Origin: a virus
Taxonomy: Duplodnaviria; Caudoviricetes
Virus record (IMG/VR): IMGVR_UViG_3300024279_000013
Span: 1 to 25,574 of that record
Length of the DNA stretch: 25,574 bases
Strand: one strand, 5' to 3'
Positions 15,935 through 24,346 of the stretch are shown piece after piece. Both the position numbers and the translations under genes were made by a program. The notes beneath the pieces were generated by a model. The model did not search any database. It had not been told where the DNA came from and was given only the letters and a program-made list of their open reading frames with translations. The first letter of the stretch is position 1, and the number at the start of each line of letters is the position of its first letter.

Positions 15935-16406
15935 TGTTCATCTCTTTCTCATAAAATTGATGATTGCATATTGGACATTGTAACAGTTTTTCAGGTTTTG
16001 CATTGTCTGTAACTTCAGTCAATTTAACTTCTGGTATTTTCAATGGTTCCATATTAAATGGCTTGAAATCAAAATCCGGCAATTTCTGCAATTCAATATT
16101 CAGCGCTACAAGATCAGTTTTACCTTGCGCTGCAATTTCATTGTCTAAAATCCTGTAGGCATTGATTTGTTCTTCGGTAAGTTCATGCGCACTCTCGCAC
16201 GGAATCTGCGCAAGACCAAGGGTAGCTGCTGCTTCATAGCGGGCATGACCAGCAACGATGGTGTTATTCTTGTCGATAACGATTGGCTGACGAAAACCGA
16301 ATTGCTGAATCGAATGCATGATAGCTTCAAGTTGCCTGATAGGATGCTGTTTCGGGTTATTTTCATAAGGCCTCACTTCATGCAATGGCATCATCCGAAT
16401 ATTCAT
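15924..16406 (-). CDS. ParB/Srx N-terminal domain protein
   Basis: PYENNPKQH...SIQQFGFRQPIVID...IVAGHARYEAA...YRILDN; C-terminal CPIC; common next to phage terS. Confidence 0.85.
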   Translation of the reverse strand: MNIRMMPLHEVRPYENNPKQHPIRQLEAIMHSIQQFGFRQPIVIDKNNTIVAGHARYEAAATLGLAQIPCESAHELTEEQINAYRILDNEIAAQGKTDLVALNIELQKLPDFDFKPFNMEPLKIPEVKLTEVTDNAKPEKLLQCPICNHQFYEKEMNNGS

Positions 16407-16606
16407 TTGTCCTTTCCCGGTAGTAGATTATCAAACAATCTGTCTATCATAAATTTGACTGTTTCCCTTGTTTTTTTGGGATTATTTATCATTGTTCCTT
16501 CGAATGCGGTATAGGTGCATACTTTATCTATACACATGGTTAACGCAAATACAGGATGACCGTTTTCTGTTTGCAACCATTCTGATTTTATTATGAGATC
16601 ATTCAT
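16403..16606 (-). CDS. Hypothetical protein
   Basis: 67 aa, coupled to neighbours. Confidence 0.55.
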   Translation of the reverse strand: MNDLIIKSEWLQTENGHPVFALTMCIDKVCTYTAFEGTMINNPKKTRETVKFMIDRLFDNLLPGKDK

Positions 16607-16741
16607 TTACTTTTTCCCAATCCATGATTTTATCCTGCAAAATATACATGGTTTCTTGTTCAGCACTTTCTCGTTGTATTCAGCTTCAATGTCCTTTATT
16701 CCCTCAAGGTGTTGACATATCATTGTCAATGATCTATCCAT
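16607..16741 (-). CDS. Small hypothetical protein (44 aa)
   Basis: MDRSLTMICQHLEGIKDIEAEYNEKVLNKKPCIFCRIKSWIGKK; stop abuts the next ATG. Confidence 0.45.
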   Translation of the reverse strand: MDRSLTMICQHLEGIKDIEAEYNEKVLNKKPCIFCRIKSWIGKK

Positions 16742-16767
16742 GCTTTGCATCAGTGCATAATCTGGAT

Positions 16768-17010
16768 TCATTTCGCAGCCTTCCACGCATCATCAAACAT
16801 CTGGTCTGCCTGTTCATCGCTTATGTTATCGCCAAGTGCCTTTATGTTTGTTATTGCAGCCTTGTATTCCTGTGATTCCTTGTCTATGACAGGTTCTTTT
16901 TCAACATATATCTTGCCTCTTCCTTCACATTCATCGCATTCAGTGTACATCATTCCGCCACCCATTACCTTTCCTGAGCCATTGCAGCTACTGCATCTTT
17001 TCTTGATCAT
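16768..17010 (-). CDS. DnaJ-type zinc-finger small protein
   Basis: CSSCNGSG...CDECEGRG (two CxxCxGxG repeats); AAGGA RBS. Confidence 0.7.
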   Translation of the reverse strand: MIKKRCSSCNGSGKVMGGGMMYTECDECEGRGKIYVEKEPVIDKESQEYKAAITNIKALGDNISDEQADQMFDDAWKAAK

Positions 17011-17067
17011 AAATTAACCATCCTTGTATTTGCTTAAATATTATCCTTTTTTGTTTTATCTGGCAAC

Positions 17068-17316
17068 TCATTGCTTTTTCAGCCATTCCCCATGGGTTGA
17101 CTCAAGTTTTGACAGCTTTGCATAAAGATCTGGATCATTCTTCATCAGTGCTGCCACATCATGAGGATCACAGGCATTTGCGCCAACAAGACTTGCAAAA
17201 AGGCCGATGATTGTGCCTGTTGCGGGAGAACCAAGGAGGGTACTTACTACTGGGGCTGCCTTTTGAATGATGGGTATAACGTCACAAAATACATGATGAA
17301 AATTGTCATAGTCCAT
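17068..17316 (-). CDS. Hypothetical protein resembling the N-terminal part of 3TM-holin-like phage proteins
   Basis: AAPVVSTLLGSPATG...DPDLYAKLSKLE pattern; likely start ATG 17316; lacks C-terminal TM helices. Confidence 0.45.
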   Translation of the reverse strand: MDYDNFHHVFCDVIPIIQKAAPVVSTLLGSPATGTIIGLFASLVGANACDPHDVAALMKNDPDLYAKLSKLESTHGEWLKKQ

Positions 17317-17355
17317 TTTTATGGATTCCGTGAATGATAGAGGTTTAATGATGGC

Positions 17356-17384
17356 AAAAAAAAGCCCCCGAAGATAGAGGGGGC
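17356..17384 (-). terminator. Rho-independent terminator ending the replication operon
   Basis: GCCCCC-9 nt-GGGGGC followed by T8 on the minus strand. Confidence 0.75.
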
Positions 17385-17439
17385 GATTCTTGTTGCTTGC
17401 TATGAAAGGAAACAAGACATCACAAAACTGAAAAAGAAG

Positions 17440-17919
17440 TCATGCGTTTTCGTTCACAAGGCTTAAAAAGGGAGTATGAGGCCATGACATGTACGTTTCG
17501 ATAACCCTGATTGCCTCATCAAGTCCAAAACACATAACTGCATAGTAATGCTCCGTCGCCAGTCGTGTCAACCATTCGCGCTGTGCCTTCCACGTGGGAG
17601 TATTCATCTGTGAGGGTGAATATGTACATTTTTTTTTCAATTCAATGAACAACGAAAAATAGCCTCCTCTGGCCTCGTACAACGCGATATCGGGAAACCC
17701 CTTACTCACGCCCATTTTTTTAAGGATCGCGCCACTACGAGCGTCACAGCGCCTCTCAAGGGCATGATGAACCAAAGGTATGTCTTTCAGTCTGGCCCAT
17801 TCCATTAATGCCATTAAATCCTGCTGCTCGCTTGCCAGACATCTTTTGACCATTCCTGGCCTCCAAATGTTCCATGAAGAACAATCAGTACCGCGTATCG
17901 GGCCATGCCTTTCTGTCAA
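17440..17919 (-). CDS. VRR-NUC (PD-(D/E)xK) nuclease, putative resolvase
   Basis: SEQQD...KMGVSKGFPDIAL...LFIELKK...Q.EW motif. Confidence 0.85.
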   Translation of the reverse strand: MTERHGPIRGTDCSSWNIWRPGMVKRCLASEQQDLMALMEWARLKDIPLVHHALERRCDARSGAILKKMGVSKGFPDIALYEARGGYFSLFIELKKKCTYSPSQMNTPTWKAQREWLTRLATEHYYAVMCFGLDEAIRVIETYMSWPHTPFLSLVNENA

Positions 17920-18278
17920 TTTCCCGTCTCAGCCGCTTTATCATCACATGGTATGGCCGCTCCCGTCTTTTCTCCTGATTCAGCAATTTTAGTAGCTGGT
18001 GAATATTCAGCCTCGATATGTCCTGGGGGGGCGGTATGATCTGCGTTTCCATGGTTAAACATTTCCTTTATGTCATCAATTGAATATCTTGCAATTTCCC
18101 TGAGCATTTCCAGTTCAGTTTTATCACAGTAAAACTTTCTTGCAATAACTTTAAGTTCTGTAAATTTCTGGGCGACTTCCTTGAAACAGTCACCCCATGG
18201 TTTAGTGCCGTGGTATAAAGTCCGCAGCCTTTCGCAGACTGCCGCTCCTAGGTTGATTTCTGGTAGTTTCGCATCCAT
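17916..18278 (-). CDS. Hypothetical protein
   Basis: 120 aa, AAGGAG RBS, ATGA overlap downstream. Confidence 0.6.
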   Translation of the reverse strand: MDAKLPEINLGAAVCERLRTLYHGTKPWGDCFKEVAQKFTELKVIARKFYCDKTELEMLREIARYSIDDIKEMFNHGNADHTAPPGHIEAEYSPATKIAESGEKTGAAIPCDDKAAETGN

Positions 18279-18780
18279 GCGATAGCTCCTTCATGTTTTC
18301 AGGTAATGCAATGGTCTTGTCCCTGTATTCTTTTAATGCTTGCTGATATGCCTTTCTGAACCTTTTTTGTGATTGTTCGACAGAATCTCTGCGAAAATCC
18401 CAGCCTTCCTGTCTAACTAGTTCACAAGAACGTTTTTCAATCTGATGATGCAATGGTTCTGGTTCGCAATTATGAAAGCCGCTGGTCTGAATATGCCGTT
18501 GTACAGCCTTGTAAGCTTCTTCCATGGTAGGGATGCCTGAATTTTCTTCACAAATTTTTCTGAACTCTGCGGGCGTAGGAGGCCATTTGAGATAAGACTG
18601 GCAATATGACAAGGCATCTTTTATTGATGATGGATCAATTCCATCAAGCGCCTCAGACCAAACTTCTGTCCACGCCAAAATAAAATCATCTGGTTTTCCA
18701 TGCCCATCAAAATTTTTACCCCAGATGAGACGAAATCTCATAAATAAGGCTTGTGCGTATTTCAGAGGAAAGTTGCTCAT
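18202..18780 (-). CDS. Replication protein P-like helicase loader
   Basis: W.EAL.G...WPPTPAEFRKIC...GIPT.EEAY motif; directly follows the initiator. Confidence 0.7.
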   Translation of the reverse strand: MSNFPLKYAQALFMRFRLIWGKNFDGHGKPDDFILAWTEVWSEALDGIDPSSIKDALSYCQSYLKWPPTPAEFRKICEENSGIPTMEEAYKAVQRHIQTSGFHNCEPEPLHHQIEKRSCELVRQEGWDFRRDSVEQSQKRFRKAYQQALKEYRDKTIALPENMKELSHGCETTRNQPRSGSLRKAADFIPRH

Positions 18781-19550
18781 GATTTATCTTCCTGTCCGTC
18801 AAGGCCAAAAAGCCTTTTCCCTTGGCTGTATGAATCCTCCTTTTTATTTTCCCCATGATGTTCAACCAATTCGTCAATCCAGCGTTTGTTGTACAAATAA
18901 GTTTTTGCCATAAGAATATATTTCTTGGGATTATTAGCCCATCCCTTTGCCAGACGCTTTTTCACATTATCAATAATGATTCCAGCTATGGATTCAAGAT
19001 TATTGCTTTTCCATATCTTGAAAGCTTCCTGCTTGCCTTCCTTTCTTGGATATATAAACCAGAATTGATCAAAAAGTGTGTATTCGGTAACTCGTCCATC
19101 GACAGATGGACATATGCTCTTATTCTTTTGTTTTACATCTGTTGTTTTTATCTGGTAAAGCTCGGCCCTTTTGGGCTTATGCTCGGCCCTTTTGGGCTTA
19201 TCAGTATTTTCAACAACTTGGGATGATAACACTTCAGGCAGCAAAAGTTTAAGTGCTTGATCAGTAAGGGAAAACCAGCTAGTCCGATCACCTTTTCTTT
19301 TATTGTGATTTGCCTTTAATAGCAAACCCGACTTGATCGAATTCCTGATAATTGTTTTTACCTGTTTTTGAGTCCAGTAAGGAAAAATGACTGTCCAGGC
19401 TTCAAGAGTGTTATAAGTCCAGTAACGTTCATTATAAAAATGTTTATTATTGGCAATATTCTTTTTTATCCAATGAGCAATATTGTTTAAGAAAATTGCA
19501 ACATTGACGCCGTAACTTTCGGCTATTGAAACATCGAAAAGATGATGCAT
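18777..19550 (-). CDS. Phage replication initiator (wHTH N-terminus, replisome-organiser C-terminus)
   Basis: HLFDVSIAESYGVNVAIFL...WTYNT..W..IFPYW N-domain; FDQFWFIYPRKEGKQEAFKIW...TYLYNKRW.DE C-domain; likely start ATG 19550 after GGAG. Confidence 0.8.
   Translation of the reverse strand: MHHLFDVSIAESYGVNVAIFLNNIAHWIKKNIANNKHFYNERYWTYNTLEAWTVIFPYWTQKQVKTIIRNSIKSGLLLKANHNKRKGDRTSWFSLTDQALKLLLPEVLSSQVVENTDKPKRAEHKPKRAELYQIKTTDVKQKNKSICPSVDGRVTEYTLFDQFWFIYPRKEGKQEAFKIWKSNNLESIAGIIIDNVKKRLAKGWANNPKKYILMAKTYLYNKRWIDELVEHHGENKKEDSYSQGKRLFGLDGQEDKS
19160..19201. repeat. Two perfect tandem 21-bp repeats (iteron/origin candidate)
   Basis: GCTCGGCCCTTTTGGGCTTAT at 19160-19180 and 19181-19201 inside the initiator linker. 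Confidence 0.7.
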
Positions 19551-19574
19551 TTTACTTTTCTCCAATCTGCGGGC

Positions 19575-19602
19575 TTGACCTGTGGATGCACACCCGTATA
19601 AT
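19575..19602 (+). promoter_or_regulatory. Sigma70 promoter antisense to the rep leader
   Basis: TTGACC-16 nt-TATAAT. Confidence 0.6.
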
Positions 19603-19608
19603 TGGAGT

Positions 19609-19677
19609 TGCGCATCGGGTAAGGGAAACCCAGTTTTAGGGGCCGGTAACTTTAGCGAGCTACCGGCTTTCGCTTTT
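19609..19677 (+). ncRNA. Putative antisense counter-transcript (about 70 nt)
   Basis: Follows the 19575 promoter and ends in hairpin GCCGGTA (19642-19648) / TACCGGC (19661-19667) plus TTTCGCTTTT. Confidence 0.5.
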
Positions 19678-19698
19678 CTGGCATCAGCCAGACCTCAC

Positions 19699-19727
19699 AC
19701 TATACCCCTTCGATTATGTTCTTGCCA
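19699..19727 (-). promoter_or_regulatory. Promoter of the replication operon
   Basis: TGGCAA-17 nt-TATAGT on the minus strand. Confidence 0.45.
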
Positions 19728-19736
19728 TATCCAGAC

Positions 19737-19745
19737 TTATCCACA
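19737..19745 (+). promoter_or_regulatory. DnaA box
   Basis: Perfect TTATCCACA; an imperfect inverted copy TGTGAATAT follows at 19751-19759. Confidence 0.55.
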
Positions 19746-19828
19746 GATTTTGTGAATATCTTGTTGACATTATTCATTTTCTATATAATACTATAAAAAA
19801 TCAATTATATAATAACAGGATGCGCGAC

Positions 19829-19987
19829 ATGGAAACAAAAAGACAGGTTAACCTTTATTTACACAAGTATTTGGCTACTTTTATCAAAAAACAGTCGGCA
19901 ATAGAAAACCGTTCAATGTCTGATCTTGTTGAAGAACTGGTCGAAAAATATCAGAAAAAAGTGGAAAAAAAACTTGACTATAATTAA
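19829..19987 (+). CDS. Ribbon-helix-helix (Arc/CopG-like) regulator (52 aa)
   Basis: Manual translation METKRQVNLYLHKYLATFIKKQSAIENRSMSDLVEELVEKYQKKVEKKLDYN; alternating beta strand and the RSMS.LVE helix junction typical of RHH; AGGA RBS. Confidence 0.7.
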   Translation: METKRQVNLYLHKYLATFIKKQSAIENRSMSDLVEELVEKYQKKVEKKLDYN

Positions 19988-20008
19988 TTTTCTTATATAA
20001 TTATATAA
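19974..20008 (+). promoter_or_regulatory. Early promoter with overlapping palindromic operator candidate
   Basis: TTGACT-16 nt-TATAAT; the 16-bp palindrome TTATATAATTATATAA (19993-20008) covers the -10. Confidence 0.55.
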
Positions 20009-20089
20009 AGTAACAAGGGGTGTTTAAGCACCCCTGCTACTTAACGTTTTAATGTGGAAAACGTTTGTCATAACTTGGGAGTAAATGAC

Positions 20090-20527
20090 ATGAGTACTTT
20101 AGCGCACAAAATAGTTTCAATGCAATCACCAATGGAAGGTGAACATAAAGTGAACAAGGATGAACTTGACAGATATGTCCGGTCTGTAATCAATTCCTAT
20201 GCAACCTACCAGAATGGCGGCCTGTTTCTTTTCGCCGATGATCTTCCGCGCGAGGAGCAAATTATTTTTCTTTCACGTCTCTGCAATGCAGCCGATTACG
20301 CGTGGTACATGCGATCTGAAACCAGACTCACTGCTGCCCTGAATGAATATCAGCCACAGATGCAGCTCTTGCTGGTTGAGGCGCTACCGTCTGTCTGGGC
20401 TGATGTACAGGATGAAATTGATGACTGGAAGCAAAGGAAATTTTACGGGACAGATTCATTTGCTGAATGCATTGAAACTTTGCCACAGGAACCGTCAGGA
20501 AGATGTCATACATGGAGGATAAATTGA
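20090..20527 (+). CDS. Hypothetical protein
   Basis: Long ORF; likely start ATG 20090 after GGAG. Confidence 0.65.
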   Translation: MSTLAHKIVSMQSPMEGEHKVNKDELDRYVRSVINSYATYQNGGLFLFADDLPREEQIIFLSRLCNAADYAWYMRSETRLTAALNEYQPQMQLLLVEALPSVWADVQDEIDDWKQRKFYGTDSFAECIETLPQEPSGRCHTWRIN

Positions 20528-20685
20528 TGAGAACCATATATGGAATCCATGGGAATGACAATATTACATTTCTCACACTGGAAGCAGCCGAGGAATGGCT
20601 GATGAATGAATATCCGGAATTTTGCTGGACAAAAGATATTGCATACGATTTTTGTGAACAGATGATATGGGAGGAAGCTGTATGA
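20527..20685 (+). CDS. Small acidic hypothetical protein
   Basis: GGAGG RBS, TGATG overlap. Confidence 0.55.
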   Translation: MRTIYGIHGNDNITFLTLEAAEEWLMNEYPEFCWTKDIAYDFCEQMIWEEAV

Positions 20686-20801
20686 AGGACTATATAACGC
20701 CATCAAAAAGACTCGAAGGCTATAAAAGGGAATATGACTATCTGTTTATTCTGCTAGTCGCATTTCTGGTTGTTGGCTGTCTTTTTTGTATTTATCTATA
20801 A
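20682..20801 (+). CDS. Small single-TM protein (39 aa)
   Basis: MKDYITPSKRLEGYKREYDYLFILLVAFLVVGCLFCIYL; GGAGG RBS; ATGA overlap. Confidence 0.5.
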   Translation: MKDYITPSKRLEGYKREYDYLFILLVAFLVVGCLFCIYL

Positions 20802-20812
20802 GGGGAATTTAA

Positions 20813-21748
20813 ATGTCAGTAGCAAACAATGATCCCAGCTTAAATTCAGTAAATATAAACGGCTTCATCATGGATGTTAATACTTACGAACTTATGAAGG
20901 GAACTTTGTACCCTAATGCAAAGGATTCATCAATCGTCATGGTCATGCGATATTGCATTGCCAGAAAGCTTGATCCCATTAAAAAGCCTGTTCACATTGT
21001 TCCAATGAATGTCAAGACCGGCAAAAAGGATATCAAGGGGAAAGATATATATGAAATGCGCGATACCGTCATGCCTGGTATCGGCCTCTATCGTATTGAT
21101 GCTGACAGGACAGGTGAATATGCGGGAATGTCTGAGCCTGAATTTGGTGATGAAGTAACAGAAACAATCGGCAAGGTTACAGTAACATATCCAAAATGGT
21201 GCAAGATTACAGTTTACCGTCGGTTGCCAACGGGCGAAATAGTTTCATTTCCTGCAAAGGAGTTCTGGAAGGAAAATTATGCAAGAAACAAGTGGACAGG
21301 GGAACCAACCGATGTATGGCAGACCAGATCTTATGGGCAACTTGCAAAATGTACTGAAGCACAGGCACTCCGCAAGGGATTTCCTGAAGCGGTTGGCAAT
21401 GAATACACAAAGGAAGAAATGGAAGGAAAAGGTATCGGTTTTGAGAATGCCAGCAATTCAGGTCATGTGACATTGCCAGCAAATAATATTGATCCTTCTC
21501 TTGCCATTGAACAAAAACCTGATATAAATGTCAGTGTTGATGACATGGTGCTTGAGATGAGTCAGGCAGCAACACTTGACGAATTACAGGAAATTTACAC
21601 GAAGCATTACAAGTCTTGCGCTCAGGCTCGTGACATGGATGCAATGAAACAGGTCATAGCAGCAAAGGACAAGGTGAAACATGAAATGCAGCGCAATGTA
21701 CTTGATGAGGATGCAAAAGAATTTGTAGAGGAAATGGACAAGGAGTAA
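20813..21748 (+). CDS. bet: Phage recombination protein Bet (Red-beta/RecT single-strand annealing family)
   Basis: YCIARKLDPIKKPVHIVP...MPGIGLYRIDADRTGEYAG...W...QLAKCTEAQALRKGFP...YTKEEM motifs. Confidence 0.9.
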   Translation: MSVANNDPSLNSVNINGFIMDVNTYELMKGTLYPNAKDSSIVMVMRYCIARKLDPIKKPVHIVPMNVKTGKKDIKGKDIYEMRDTVMPGIGLYRIDADRTGEYAGMSEPEFGDEVTETIGKVTVTYPKWCKITVYRRLPTGEIVSFPAKEFWKENYARNKWTGEPTDVWQTRSYGQLAKCTEAQALRKGFPEAVGNEYTKEEMEGKGIGFENASNSGHVTLPANNIDPSLAIEQKPDINVSVDDMVLEMSQAATLDELQEIYTKHYKSCAQARDMDAMKQVIAAKDKVKHEMQRNVLDEDAKEFVEEMDKE

Positions 21749-21751
21749 TAC

Positions 21752-22210
21752 GTGGAAAAATGTGAATTACCTTCAGATACAAATGCAGAGAAAGCATTGC
21801 TTGGCGCAGTATTGCTAAGCATGAAAGATTTTTATCATGTCAATCAGATACTTTTGCCAGATGATTTCTTTGACAAGGGTCACAAGCTTATTTTTGAGGC
21901 CATAATTGATCTCTGGATTAATGAAAAACCTGTTGATGTAATTATGGTTCTTGACAAGCTGAGAGAAATTAATGGCAGCGATTTTGATGAAATAATTTTA
22001 CTGGAAATGATAAATTCAACTCCTTCGGCTTCAAATGTTATTGAATATGCATGCATTATACAGGAAAAGGCTAAACTTCGTTCATTAATACAAATAGCAA
22101 ATAGTGTCATGGAAAAATGCAAAAAATATGAACCAATCAAAACTATTCTTGATTATGCAGATAATGAATTAAAACAACTGGATCAAAGATATAAATACAA
22201 GGATGAATAA
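21752..22210 (+). CDS. DnaB helicase N-terminal domain-only protein
   Basis: P...AEKALLGAVL...L.PDDFF...HKLIFEAI..L....PVDVI.V...PSASNVIEYACIIQEKAKLRSLI; clean stop after 152 aa with no RecA-like domain. Confidence 0.85.
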   Translation: MEKCELPSDTNAEKALLGAVLLSMKDFYHVNQILLPDDFFDKGHKLIFEAIIDLWINEKPVDVIMVLDKLREINGSDFDEIILLEMINSTPSASNVIEYACIIQEKAKLRSLIQIANSVMEKCKKYEPIKTILDYADNELKQLDQRYKYKDE

Positions 22211-22878
22211 TGCCACTTTTAAATGTTGAGAATGCACAGATCAAGACGGCTTCTGTTGAAATAAAAACATTAACGGTAAGTGGTAAACAGGTCACACTTT
22301 CTGTTTTTAGACAAATCATTCAAGAAGATTTGTTTGATACAAGAAATTTAAAACTTAATGGGGTTCCATGGGGAATTGTTAATTATTTCTGGAAGGAAGA
22401 TAATCAGGATTTCAAGATTCATGTTGTATGGCAAAAAGGGAAAGAATTAAGAAGAAGTTTAATATTTAAAAATCCCTGCCATAGGTATCATTATTTATGT
22501 ACGACTGGATATAGTGAAATAAAGGAAATATGTGATGATTTGAAAGAAGATATACTTTATTTGAAGGATAAAAATAATAGTAATGTTTTCATGGATGCCA
22601 TTGATAAATGCGATCAAATAAAACCACTGCAATCTTTTATAGAAAGAAGAATTTATGATATTGATAATATAAAAAATGGCAGATCCAGTCTTAATCTGGA
22701 AGAGTATGAATTATATAAAAAGAGGGCAGAAATAAAAATGGACTCATTACAACAAAAATTAAATGAACTTATGGAATCTTATAATGAGGCAGAAAAAGAA
22801 AGAATAAATTATATTAGTGAATATAATAAACTAATGGTTCCACTTCTTGAGTTGCCACATTTGTTTATTGCCGTATAA
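22210..22878 (+). CDS. Hypothetical protein with coiled-coil insert
   Basis: IKTASVEIKTLTVSGKQVTLSVFRQI...PWGIVNY...LPHLFIAV; TAATG-coupled. Confidence 0.7.
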   Translation: MPLLNVENAQIKTASVEIKTLTVSGKQVTLSVFRQIIQEDLFDTRNLKLNGVPWGIVNYFWKEDNQDFKIHVVWQKGKELRRSLIFKNPCHRYHYLCTTGYSEIKEICDDLKEDILYLKDKNNSNVFMDAIDKCDQIKPLQSFIERRIYDIDNIKNGRSSLNLEEYELYKKRAEIKMDSLQQKLNELMESYNEAEKERINYISEYNKLMVPLLELPHLFIAV

Positions 22879-22889
22879 AAGGATAACCC

Positions 22890-23075
22890 GTGGACGAAAA
22901 AGAAATACAGGATTTTCTTGACCATCTCCTTGCAATGGATTCAGATGACATAAAAAAACTTGTGTATATGATTCCATTTCCTTCGGCAATTACATTAAAT
23001 GCCATTATAGCAGCCAGTGTTGCTGATCGAATGTATGAAATGCACGTAAATGCTGAAAAGGCAGGAATGAACTAA
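22890..23075 (+). CDS. Hypothetical protein
   Basis: AAGGA RBS, GTG start, TAATG overlap. Confidence 0.55.
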   Translation: MDEKEIQDFLDHLLAMDSDDIKKLVYMIPFPSAITLNAIIAASVADRMYEMHVNAEKAGMN

Positions 23076-23284
23076 TGAATGAATGGATAAGTGTGAAAGA
23101 TAGATTGCCAGAACCTGATAACTGGATTTTACATGCTGTTTTAGTTAATGACAGTAAATTATTCAGGCATCAAATTGCATATTATTCCATCTCACTAAAA
23201 TGGATTCTGGAATCAGACAAGACTGTTTTAAAAGTTACTCACTGGTTTCCACTTCCGGATGTTCAAAGTATAATCTACTCATAA
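23075..23284 (+). CDS. DUF551-like small phage protein
   Basis: MNEWISVKDRLPE...VTHWFPLP. Confidence 0.75.
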   Translation: MNEWISVKDRLPEPDNWILHAVLVNDSKLFRHQIAYYSISLKWILESDKTVLKVTHWFPLPDVQSIIYS

Positions 23285-23379
23285 TGACTGTTATGGATGG
23301 GTTGAATTAAAGAGTATTGATCTGTTTTTGAACGGTAACTTATGTAACATAACATGATATGTAATCTGGAATTAAAAAC

Positions 23380-23538
23380 ATGAATGAATGCTGCAAGAAA
23401 ACCTACAAGGATGCTGTAAAACAGGTACTGACTACAATTGAAACACATAATGTGACAAAGATTAAGCATCTTGTTGCCATACTGAATTTTGTCCTGGAAA
23501 GAATAGACGATCATGAAAAGGAATATAAAAGTGTATAA
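23380..23538 (+). CDS. Small hypothetical protein (52 aa)
   Basis: MNECCKKTYKDAVKQVLTTIETHNVTKIKHLVAILNFVLERIDDHEKEYKSV; fits the operon. Confidence 0.45.
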   Translation: MNECCKKTYKDAVKQVLTTIETHNVTKIKHLVAILNFVLERIDDHEKEYKSV

Positions 23539-23761
23539 GGAAATGGATGATGAAGGGGACTTTTTCATTTTCGATAAATTTCAAATAAAATTACATGATT
23601 CCAGCGGGGATAATTTTTATAGAATACGATACATGCGTGATGAATATGGTAAAATGCGCCTGTTCATTCAGCATAATAATGGGGAGGGTGCTACCTTTAA
23701 TCCTGATTTTATCTATAATCTCCTTGATGCGCATCTTAATCTTTCACAGGATGTAAAATGA
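23513..23761 (+). CDS. Hypothetical protein
   Basis: 82 aa, in operon. Confidence 0.55.
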   Translation: MKRNIKVYKEMDDEGDFFIFDKFQIKLHDSSGDNFYRIRYMRDEYGKMRLFIQHNNGEGATFNPDFIYNLLDAHLNLSQDVK

Positions 23762-24021
23762 CACTCAAGGAAGCGTTTAAATCACTGGATGAGACAGAAC
23801 TGGTAAAAAGAGCCGGAAGGCCTGAAATTGGTTCATATCAGATAAAATGGTTAAAACAGCTTCTGGAATGGCGTGACCGTCGTGAAAAGATCCTGGGATC
23901 AGTGATGAAGAAATTTATAGCTGAAGACGCCCTTGCATCAGACTGGGAACTCACAAAGGAATATCATTTTCTGGGGATACCTGATTTCAGAAAAGTGGAA
24001 AATATTGAGGAACAAAAGTGA
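23758..24021 (+). CDS. Hypothetical protein
   Basis: 87 aa, ATGA overlap, AGGA RBS. Confidence 0.6.
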   Translation: MTLKEAFKSLDETELVKRAGRPEIGSYQIKWLKQLLEWRDRREKILGSVMKKFIAEDALASDWELTKEYHFLGIPDFRKVENIEEQK

Positions 24022-24173
24022 AAATAATGCCAGTATTTGTTGTACTGATATTTTGCTGCATCGTGCTTTTAATGGTTGCACTCGGCATAGTTTTTGATGC
24101 ACTGGTCATAAGACCAATACTGCAACTATTTGGTCATGATGATGACGGAATAAAAACCAGCAGGGACTGGTAA
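24018..24173 (+). CDS. Small membrane protein (51 aa)
   Basis: GTGA overlap, GAGG RBS; hydrophobic stretch MPVFVVLIFCCIVLLMVALGIVF. Confidence 0.5.
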   Translation: MKIMPVFVVLIFCCIVLLMVALGIVFDALVIRPILQLFGHDDDGIKTSRDW

Positions 24174-24197
24174 AAAAAGGGGCATGAAGATTGCCCC
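24172..24197 (-). terminator. Rho-independent terminator at convergence point
   Basis: GGGGCA-7 nt-TGCCCC followed by T7 on the minus strand. Confidence 0.7.
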
Positions 24198-24346
24198 GAC
24201 TTGGGAGGATCATTTTTTTTCATATAATAAATAATATATTATTCTCCACGTTGCGAGTGATACCACGGTAAATGCATATGGCATTGCATCTCGCATCACT
24301 GAGAAATGATGAAGATCAAATTTTCCATCAAGGACTGTAGGCAGCA

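Noticed and set aside
15924-16406. ParB-like gene as evidence of plasmid partitioning
   Set aside because: Only the N-terminal domain, no HTH and no parA; such genes are common beside terS.
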